Shown one piece after another: positions 53,585 to 64,000 of a stretch of 64,000 nt of DNA; the stretch's first letter is position 1, and each line of letters begins with the position of its first letter. Both the position numbers and the translations under genes were made by a program. Source of the DNA: Octopus vulgaris (lineage: Eukaryota); NCBI GenBank assembly GCA_951406725.2, contig OX597831.1, positions 71,176,001 through 71,240,000 of the forward strand. The letters run 5' to 3'. A model generated the notes under the pieces. It was not told where the DNA came from. It did not search any database and saw nothing but the letters and a program-made list of their open reading frames with translations.

Positions 53585-53764
53585 CTACAGGAATCTATGC
53601 AAGTGTGTTTAAGCAAAAAAAAAAAAAATCAATTTGTCTACCACTATATGCAAATTCTTGTAAACAGTGAAGTAAAAGTAACTGCAAGACTTATATATAT
53701 GCACACACATACACATGATAAGCCAAAAGTGACGCATCAAACATTTGAATTTTTTAAAAATTAT

Positions 53765-54300
53765 GTTAACCATTCTGCATGCCCACGTTCAGTGTCCAGG
53801 CATTGCTAACTTGTTGGGTTACGTTGAACAGCTGCTGTCACATGTGGGTCAGATCTGACTATTGGCCAAGTCTGTAGTGATGACTGCACCACTGACTTCC
53901 TTCAATTGGGCAGATAAGGCAGTTTTCCTTTGCCTGGTGACTGTAGCAAAAGAAGTTGTTTGGTGGTCAAGGTTGAAAGGCATCAGGACAGATACATTCC
54001 TCTTTGGTAGAGCTCTCATTCACTTCTTTAAGTTTCACTTGAAAAAGAAATTGAGTGGAGAGGGAAGTGCTGTCCTCCAGTGAGTTTATTGAAAGGTGGG
54101 TGAAAGTTGCGAAAATAGCAAGAGTGGATGGTACCTCTCTAAGTGTAGACCTGTGAGTGGGAGACAAGGAAATGGAGGGGGCACTTGCTCCTGGGGTTTC
54201 AGGGAAATCTTGGACAGTGGGGTTCCTTGATTATGCCTAGAGGCCTTCCAGTATTAGGAGGGCCACATCTCTATCATCCTCCCTGCCACCTGTTTTTTAA
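53765..54300 (+). mobile_element. Tx1/L1-type LINE ORF2 3' fragment
   Basis: H...QCP...AKEVVWWSR pattern of L1/Tx1 C-termini, with stops. Confidence 0.6.
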
Positions 54301-54526
54301 ACCTTTGCATGCTATGCATATGTCCCGTGTATACTTTCTTTCTTTCTTGTTTTTTTTTTTTTAATTTCATTATAAGTAAATCCACACACTTTATGTCTGT
54401 CTTTGTATTGTCCCCCTCATCCTTCGCTCTATTCAACATTATTTTATATATTTTATTCAAGTTTAGAAGAATTGAAGAAATTCTGAAGTGTACTGAACTT
54501 ATTTTGTGCATGATTTTGGCCCAACC

Positions 54527-54572
<46 letters not shown>

Positions 54573-54941
54573 AGATATTATGTGAATGTGTGTTGTGCAC
54601 TTTATTGATTCAACAAAACAAGAGACAAAAAGGAAAAAATAGCTTTCGACCACAACATTATTGTTAGAGAAATTTTGGTAGAGCAATAACGAAATTGAGT
54701 CATCAACAGGGGAAATGTTTTTCTGGACTCTCGTGTTTTTAATCCTTCTCATGAAAACTGTTATGATATATGTTCATACATATTTTACAAGGGCGTGCAT
54801 AGCTATGAATATGTACATACATACATATTTACTTATAACAAAAAATATATATTCATGCATGTACAAGCAAGACATGGCATGAACTAATGTGCATGTACAC
54901 CTGCATTCATATCTGCATATGTATATGTATGTGTGTTTACG

Positions 54942-54984
<43 letters not shown>

Positions 54985-55084
54985 ATACATAGATATATAT
55001 ATACTGATACATATGTATGTATATGTGACTATATATATATAAGTACATACACACACAATCACTCACATACACATATATAGTATC

Positions 55085-55452
55085 GCTTTTACTCTTTTAC
55101 TTGTTTCAGTAAATCGACCCTGGGACTTATTCTTTGTAAGCCCAGTACTTATTCTATCGGTCTCTTTTGCCGAACCGCTAAGTGATGGGGACGTAAACAC
55201 ACAAGCATCGGTTGTCAAGCAATGCTAGGGGGACGTAAACACAGACACACAAACACACACACACATACATATATATATATACATATATACGACAGGCTTC
55301 TTTCAGTTTCTGTCTACCAAATCCACTCACAAGGCATTGGTCGACCCAGGGCTATAGCAGAAGACACTTGCCCAAGATGCCACGCAGTGGGACTGAACCC
55401 GGAACCATGTGGTTGGTTAGCAAGCTACTTACCACACAGCCACTCCTGCGCC
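55085..55452 (-). mobile_element. SINE family A
   Basis: Reverse complement of family A. Confidence 0.9.
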
Positions 55453-55775
55453 TATATATATATATAAAATATTACTTTTTAGTAAAATAAAGCACCATAA
55501 AGGTAGCAGTATAAATATAGAGTAGTGGTGCAACAAGGCACCAATGTTTACTGGAAATAGCAGCCGATACATTTAGGACGCAATAGTAAAACTTCAATGT
55601 GTATATACTGGCAAAGACATGTGAGGGCAGCGATCATAAAATGTTCTGTCTTATCTCTAGGAAAAAACATTAGATAAATGGACAAACCAGAATCGGATAA
55701 TCTGGTACCTAGGTTTTGGACTCATCTTATAAACTGCGAATTTCCCTGTCTAGATATTTCATACATACACACCTT

Positions 55776-55851
55776 GTCTCTGATGATGGAATACCTAGTG
55801 TACTGACATACTAGCCTATCACTAGGTATATCCCAGAAACAGCTGTAAGAC
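55776..55851 (+). ncRNA. Minimal type-I hammerhead ribozyme, intact core, palindromic stem III
   Basis: gtct-CTGATGA-tgga-atacctagtg...cactaggtat-atccca-GAAAC-AGCT-GTA-agac. Confidence 0.75.
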
Positions 55852-56064
55852 TTCATATTCGCCTTACCCCAATTGAATATACTAAATGACTTGAGAGGCT
55901 CATCCTAGCTTGGTTTTTGTTGTCCTTTTTCCTCTAATATAATATATACCTGCTAACTTGGAAGCCTAATAAAAATCCTTAGCTCCAGCCTCAGCTGTGA
56001 ACTTGGAACCTAACAGATGACAAACTATAGCACTTACTCAGTGTACCTATTCGTTTAGATCTTA

Positions 56065-56166
56065 TGAACTTCATTAGCTTACAGCTGTTTCTGCTACAAG
56101 ATGCAGTGGACTCACAGTTGAGCTGAGTAACACCTTATAGCTTTATCAGAACCTCAAATTTGAAGT
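56065..56166 (-). ncRNA. Minimal type-I hammerhead with G8A core change (CUGAUAA)
   Basis: Minus strand: ggtt-CTGATAA-a-gctataaggtg...catcttgtagc-a-GAAAC-AGCT-GTA-agct; distal acttca/tgaagt. Confidence 0.62.
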
Positions 56167-56196
56167 ACAATTTATATACACACACATATATATATG

Positions 56197-56246
<50 letters not shown>

Positions 56247-57099
56247 GATGATGATATTAATCAATGAATGAAGTAGATCCAGTGGAAATATACCCCAACC
56301 ATAGATGACATCAGGTAGCCCAAAACTATGAATGTACTTTAGTCAACACACTAAATGACGTATGCCCATTAGTATCAAAAATTACATGTGTGTGTATGTG
56401 TGTATACACACATATATATGCATGCATACATACATACATACATACATACATACATACATACATACATACATACATACATACATACATACATACATACATG
56501 TATACATACATACATGAGAGGAGAACTAATAGAAATTATTTTTACTACAAGTACTAAGTACAAGTGAATAAATGCCTGTGTAATTGTAAAAACAAAATTG
56601 TATGCCCTTTAGAAAATTAATGTTCTAGGGAAAATATAGTTTATCCGTGTAAGGTAATGACAGGGGATCGTAAGTATTATTACATTGGTTCATCTGCTAC
56701 AACTTGGATATCTAGATTTCATGATCATTCCCATTCATTTAAGTATAGAAGGAAAAGCAATTCTACAAATCTTTGTAAGTGCATTTGAGGTTTAAAAAAG
56801 ATAAAAACATTAAATATGATTTAAAGTGGTCCATTATTAGTTATGCACCATCGTAAAAATTGGTAATTCTACATGTGATATTTGCCTTGAAGAACTGTAT
56901 TATGTAATTACTTCTAAATTAATTTTATTGAATTTTAATGGGAGCTTTGCAATAAAATGTTGTCATAAATTTTGAAAGATATTCAGATATTTCAGTTCTC
57001 AATTATAATTGCTTTACATATATTATATAATAAGGTTAACTCTTCTGAAATGTCTACTGCATTTAATAAATAGATGAATAATTGGTGTGATGTAAAATC

Positions 57100-57320
57100 T
57101 CTATGTTTCTAGCTGTGATAATGTAGAATTCTTATGCTTATTTTTTATTTTTTGGTTATCCAGTGACATCACCAATATTTGAATACAAAAGTAGCCTTTT
57201 TTAGATTATATTTCTTTGTATGTTTCTAATTGTCAAAATGTAGAATTCATATTTGTTTTTTATAATTTTATTGTCCACTGACATCACCAACAGTTGAAAA
57301 CAAAAATAGTCTTTCTTAAA
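57100..57320. repeat. Diverged ~118-bp tandem duplication
   Basis: TGTAGAATTC...TCCAGTGACATCACCAA...CAAAA occurs twice. Confidence 0.7.
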
Positions 57321-57327
57321 TATGTTA

Positions 57328-57381
<54 letters not shown>

Positions 57382-58620
57382 CATTATTATTATTGTTATC
57401 CTCTGAAGTTACCATTAGTGGAATGCAACAGTGTATTAGATCGAATTCCCTCCAAGCACTCTATTTGTAGGCAGCCTCAAAAAGGTAGGAGGGTTCAGCA
57501 ACTAACTGCAACCATGATGGGGACACTCTAGGCACAGGCGTGGTTGTGTAATAAGAAGCTTGTTCTGTTGAGTCCTACTGCATAGCACCTTGGGCAATTG
57601 TCTTCTAGCTTTGCGTTAGCCAAAGCCTTACGAATGGATTTTATAGAGAGCAACTGAAAGAGACCCATTGTGTGTGTGTGTGTGTGTGTGCTGGTAATAT
57701 TTCATATATTCAATTCGAATTTCTCTAACTTTGCATTGCTTTGATAATGTCGTGTTAACATATTTATTTTAATATTAATTTTAATATTTTATATAAATAT
57801 ATATATATATATATATACATATATGAATGATAATACAATAGAAACAATTTTCAGCTTTATAGGGTGTATAATAAAGATGTAATTTCTCCTATATGTATTC
57901 TTTGTTATCAAACACTCTAAGTTTCTCAAATTTCTACCAAAGGATTTTTGGAATTACTTGTCATACATGAAGATTTACCTTGGACATGTATTCTGCTTAC
58001 ATTTAATGGTTGAATATTGTGAACCAAATTCTTTTAAAACTAATTGCTTTATTGATATCTGCCCAAATTTTTTAGTCCCTTTTTTTTCTTCTATATATCT
58101 ATATATCTATAATCCATGGTGGTTCTCCCACATGACCGTAGCCACATGGATGAAACAAATAAAAGAATATATGTATATGTACTGTATGTGTGTGTGTGTG
58201 TGTGTGTGTGTGCATATGTGTGTGTGTACATATATATGTATATATTTATATATATTTGTATATATGTATATATAACGTGTATGTATGTACATACACACAC
58301 ACCTGCATACATATAGATGTAAACGACTGAGTGTTCTCCACTGAAGGGTTTTTCTCAAAAGAACAAACTTAATTTTTCTTATAACAAAATTTTATTCCAC
58401 TGTTTGAACTCTTTGTTTTACCATTAACCATCATAGATCATCACTAGTTTCTTCAAATTCTACTGTTTACTAAACATAATGTAGCCTATGGTTGATGAGT
58501 AATGTCCATAGTCCTTCCAGCCCTACATTGACAATGAAATTGTATTAATACGAAGTGAACACATGAGTTCAAGGAGACTTGTTATGCATCTTAGGTAGAG
58601 GATCATTTTAACAAAATTAA

Positions 58621-58857
58621 CCCTTTCACTAGAAAGAGCAGATATATCCACTCAAAATTTCATTGCCCTTAACTGAGGAAGGCAGTTTTATAGAGCAAAA
58701 AATTTTTGTTGAAGAATATCATGTTTGAAACTATTTTTTGTTGAGGTGTGTCAAGTTTATTGAGGCAATGTGACTTGCAGAAAATACCAATCCTGTTTTT
58801 TTCTTTTTGAGATGATATTTAACATCATTACTGGAATTTAATTTCACAGTTAAAGGG
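58621..58857. mobile_element. piggyBac-type MITE
   Basis: TTAA|CCCTTTCACT ... AGTTAAAGGG|TTAA. Confidence 0.75.
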
Positions 58858-59467
58858 TTAATTTAAAAACGAAGGAAATACTTTTAGGAGACAGCCCTTG
58901 AAACGTATTAGGATGACTATCCTTTGAAGAATAGGATTAATGTGTTAATATCCTGATATTTTATTAAAACTCAGGAACTTTTATGTGAAGTATAAGCAAG
59001 GGGAAAAGTTTCAGAAGGATACAATTTTTGAGAGAAATGTTAAATAAGTATATTGACATAGAAGAAGGAGCGGTTAGTAAGAGGATTGGGTTTCAGTGGA
59101 TGTTTTGCACTTTAACAGTGTAATGAGAAACAGTTGGTGTTGTATGAACAACAGATTGGATAGAGACAGTAAAGCTGTATTTAAGAAACTGTTGAACTTT
59201 ATTTGGATGTGACCTAGAATGTGAGTGTATGTAGTGAAAGAACTATCTTACATGTGAACATTATCCCTGTCCATAATCCAGACCTGAAAAGGAAACCCAA
59301 TTTCAGGGATATGACTTTGTCTTAGGTTTATCTGAATTTCTCTGGTGAAAAATTATAATAATAAAATAGACAATGGTATTATGAATAGAAGTATTACTTG
59401 TCTAGTGTAGTAGTTTAGGGGTGAATTTAAACAAGCAAATTTTGATTGAGGCAGAAAATAAAAACTT

Positions 59468-59860
59468 AGGAGTGGCTGTGTGGTAAGTAGCTTGCTTACA
59501 AACCACATAGTTTCGGGTTCAGTCCCACTGCGTGGAACCTTGGGCAAGTGTCTTCTACTATAGCCTCGGGCCAACCAAAGCCTTGTGAGTGGATTTGGTA
59601 GATGGAAATTGAAAGAAGTCCGTCGTATATATGTATATATATATGTGTATGTTTATGTGTTGTGTTTGTCCCCCCACCCCACCCCCATCGCTTGACAACT
59701 GATGCTGGTGTGTTTACGTCCCCGTAACTTGGCGGTTCGGTAAAAGAGACCGATAGAATAAGTACTAGGCTTACAAAGAATAAGTCCTGGGGTCGATTTC
59801 CTCGACTAAAGGCGGTGCTCCAGCATGGCCACAGTCAAATGACTGAAATAAGTAAATGAG
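59468..59860 (+). mobile_element. SINE family A
   Basis: Family head, body and tail. Confidence 0.9.
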
Positions 59861-60630
59861 TAAATGAGTATGAGTAAAGAGGAGGAAGTGTAGGATAATA
59901 TCTGTGACAGACAATGGAATGAGAAACCAGCCCCATAGTTTTAATGAAGAGTTTGGTCATATAGTCTGCAAATGCTACCCAATGCAACAGCAGCCTCAAA
60001 AAGGTAGGAGGGTTCAGCAACTAACTGCAACCATGATGGGGACAGTACTTTAAATATAACAATGCATGCTGTTGTCCTAGTTTTTTTCTTTATAAGTCAA
60101 AAATGAATGAGTAATCTCCAATATCTTTGTGGAACTCCCAGATTAGTGCACTTGATGGGTGGATGTGCAGTAAAATCATGGTAAGCGAGAGATGCAGTTG
60201 TTCATTGATGTCAAGAATGTGAGTTTGATTTAATTTCTTATGGTGTGTGTTTTGATACTTTTGAGTGAGACAAGGGTTCCAGGCCCCATTATAGGATGTT
60301 TTTTTTTGAAACAGGTGTTAAGGTTGTATGTGCATAAGGTGGGTGAGTTTAGAAGAAATGGAATAGAACTGATACCTGCGTAGGAGTTGAAGGTAAATCT
60401 ATCATTAATGTAAAAAACAATAAGAAATTGAGATTGGGTAGCTGAACTCTGGGGTACACCCTGAGTGAATCAATTTAGGCTTGGAGAATGTGAAGTGAAT
60501 ATCTACTGCATTGGAGCAACTTGAGATAAAGCATTGAAGCTTTGAATTCAGGTTATTAGGGACTGATGGAGCTCATAAGCAAGTCAGCTTTGCTTTTATG
60601 AGACACAGTTGAAATATTTACTGATAGGTG

Positions 60631-61013
60631 TGGAGGCGCAATGGCCCAGTGGTTAGGGCAGCGGACTCGCGGTCATAGGATCGCGGTTTCAATTCCCAGA
60701 CCGGGCGTTGTGAGTGTTTATTGAATGAAAACACCTAAAGCTCCACGAGTCTCCGGCAGGTGATGGTGGTGATCCCTGCTGTACTCTTTCACCACAACTC
60801 TCTCTCACTCTTACTTCCTGTTTCTGTTGTACCTGTATTTCAAAGGGCTGGCCTTGTCACTCTCTGTGTCACGCTGAATATCCCCGAGAACTACGTTAAG
60901 GGTACACATGTCTGTGGAGTGCTCAGCCACTTACACGTTAATTCCACGAGCAGGCTGTTCCGTTGATTCAGATCAACCGGAACCCTCATCATCGTAACCG
61001 ACGGAGTGCTTCC
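60631..61013 (+). mobile_element. SINE family B
   Basis: Near-identical to 31832-32213. Confidence 0.9.
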
Positions 61014-61285
61014 ATTTTCTGATAGGGTAACCATTTAGCTTTTGTCAAAATTTCAAAGACCTAAAAACCATTAGTGTCTTGTGATCCAGTATAAGAATGG
61101 TTTTTGCAATGGTCTTTAGTGGTTCTAAATTTAAAGAAGTCATGACGGTTGCTAGTGAAAGGAAATTGATTCACGGTGGTAGAGATAGTGATGATTATAA
61201 TTGTTTCTATTATCTTAGAAGTGAGTGTGAAGAAATACATAGGTTTATAACAAGAATATTCAGCTGTTGCCTGACGTCATGATTT

Positions 61286-61778
61286 TGTAGTGACGCCATG
61301 TTGGAAATCTCCCACACGCTTGTGCAGGGTTGGAATCTTCTGGGAGGCCTGCCAGAAGTTCCCTCATGTGCATGCACAGAAAACTAGCAGCAGTGAAATT
61401 CCCTCGTATCGTTATCTCGAACGCCAGCAGCTGAACAAGACAGACGTGTTTTATCAGCTCTCTGAAGCTGCTACCTCGTGGCGTATCTCCGCTATGCTTG
61501 AACGGACAAGATTGGCTCACTACACTTGGCTACTGCGATAAGCTCCTAGGCTGCCGATTAGCCCAGAGGAAGAAGTTTATATATTGCGAATCAAGAAATA
61601 AATATTTTATACTATTGAAGTTAATCGGGTTTCTTGACTCTTTCCTTCGATTAATATTTAATGTAAAGGATGCGCCGTCCAACCCATGCTAGCGCGGAAA
61701 ACGGACGTTAAACGATGATGATGATGATGATGATGCGAGCTGCACCCATCCAGTGCGGTGACCTCTCATCCTGTTACA
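61286..61778 (+). mobile_element. Putative solo LTR (4-bp TSD) with a nested RTE tail fragment
   Basis: ATTT|TGTAG ... TTACA|ATTT; internal TATATA near 61577 and AATAAA near 61597; CpG-rich relative to flanks. Confidence 0.6.
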
Positions 61779-62285
61779 ATTTGCTAGAATATTGCCCACA
61801 TGATCATCAAAATCTGACTACTTATGACTTCACATGGAATAGGCTCCAGCAATGATTTCATCTTTTGGTGCACTTTCTCTTTGAGACCGTTAATCGGTAT
61901 AATTTCAACACACCATGATAATGTGATAGGGAGTTTTGAATGTTAACAGGACTATTCAGCTATCGGGCTAATAAAATATGGAAGTGTCTAAAAGGTTTCT
62001 TTGTCTAAAGTATAGGTTGCACTTTAATGTGATTTGCTGTTTTGAGATGAATAATCAGTGGAAGAGAAATGCTTAAAAGATTGGTGAATGGACAAGCCAC
62101 TAAGAGAACAGAATATAAGCAGAAAAGCTGGAACATCAGGTGGATTGGTTGTTTGGTTGATGTAATTGGATATGCTTATATGTATCTGGTGGCTGTATGA
62201 ATGACGCGGTATGGGAAATTGATCAGGAAATAGACATTTGTTGAGTATATGCTGAGTAGAATGAAAAAAAAATATATATATATGC

Positions 62286-62359
<74 letters not shown>

Positions 62360-62399
62360 GTATATACACACACATATATATGTATATATATATATATGT

Positions 62400-62556
62400 A
62401 TGGCTGTGTGGTAAGTAGCTTGTTTACCAACCACATGGTTCCGGGTTCAGTCCCACTGCGTGGCACCTTGGGTAAGTGTCTTCTATTATAGCCTCGGGCC
62501 GACCAAAGCCTTGTGAGTGGATTTGGTAGATGGAAACTGAAAGAAAACCCGTCGTA

Positions 62557-62623
<67 letters not shown>

Positions 62624-62712
62624 ATTATATATATTATATATATAATACATATTCTTTTATTGTTTCAGTCATTTGACTACAGCCATGCTGGAGCACCGCC
62701 TTTAGTTGAGCA
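62400..62712 (+). mobile_element. SINE family A with internal deletion and (TA)n expansion
   Basis: Head on the + strand, then (TA)n, then an inverted piece of the family 3' end. Confidence 0.8.
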
Positions 62713-62939
62713 GTTGTGGGAAAATTAAATGAAATGTTTTCTTAAAATATTTCCATAGTTTTCAAATGCAAGGGACATTTCCTTTTTTCTGTTTGTCTCT
62801 CTCTCTCTCTTTTTTAGTCTGTTGAGGGCTTCATAGCAGTCCTCATATGTATATAAATGTTAAAGAGGACACCAAACGTTAAGGCTACAACATTGGAGCC
62901 CTACCACTTGCCTATCATACCTAATCATTTAGGTCACCT

Positions 62940-63094
62940 GTGAACTAAACCCCCATACATGAAAACACGGAGAGAAAACAAAACAATGTGAGGACATGGA
63001 ACAAGTATAGTGCTATTGGACACTCAGGAAGGGAAAGAAAGAAGGATGACTGAACTTTTCGAGCGGAGCTCTTCGTCAGAAACATAGGAAAAGG

Positions 63095-63139
<45 letters not shown>

Positions 63140-63358
63140 TATATAGTTCAAATTTTCAGAAAAACAAAAGATGAAGACAGGTGTAGGAAGAAAAAGCAGG
63201 TGTATTAGTTTAATGTTCTGGAAAAATGGCTAAGTCTTTTACATTTCCAGCCTATGCTCTTTGACAGAAAGGAATAAGAGGGAAAAAATGGAGAGTGAAT
63301 AAAAGAAAAAAACAGAGGGAGGAAAAAGAGTGTAGAGTTCAGCAGTCCAGCATGGCAT

Positions 63359-63362
<4 letters not shown>
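62940..63362 (-). mobile_element. Penelope-like terminal-repeat relics carrying variant hammerhead cores
   Basis: Related to 26840-27070 and 3190-3265; CTGACGAAGAGC-TCC-GCTCGAAA on the minus strand. Confidence 0.5.

Positions 63363-64000
<638 letters not shown>

Larger units (their letters stand above)
58400..62260 (-). mobile_element. Ancient degenerate non-LTR RT relic, heavily nested with younger elements
   Basis: Minus strand near 60380-60480 reads TQGVPQSS...YIND...SYAGI (decayed GVPQGS and YADD motifs); boundaries approximate. Confidence 0.45.

Noticed and set aside
57470-57500. Twister-ribozyme-like AAAGGTAGGAGGGTT string
   Set aside because: The upstream pairing elements and conserved UAA/pseudoknot partners were not found

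Overview
Eukaryotic, AT-rich, microsatellite-saturated DNA. The SINE, RTE and microsatellite repertoire strongly suggests an octopus (coleoid cephalopod) genome; this is an inference. Most of the supplied ORFs are translated microsatellites or SINEs. The window holds: a young 5'-truncated RTE LINE with a C4HC3 (PHD-type) finger inside its RT, plus an older copy; mariner, maT/Tc1, MULE, Tigger and piggyBac-type DNA transposon relics and MITEs; two Helitrons; R4/Dong, CR1, Tx1 and Penelope-like relics; a solo LTR; three tRNA-type SINE families; a SINE-like RTE 3' tail family; and a 52-bp satellite. A few short splice-bounded candidate exons suggest a + strand gene with very long introns converging on a - strand gene near 51-53.6 kb. 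The most notable signal absent from the ORF track is a set of sequence-unrelated but structurally equivalent minimal type-I hammerhead ribozymes (CUGANGA / stem II / GAAAC-loop-GUA). They lie at about 3.5, 15.8, 49.4, 55.8 and 56.1 kb, with shorter variant cores at 26.9, 54.7, 63.1 and 63.3 kb, and several sit beside Penelope-like relics. All folds and exon calls were made by eye and need computational or experimental confirmation.
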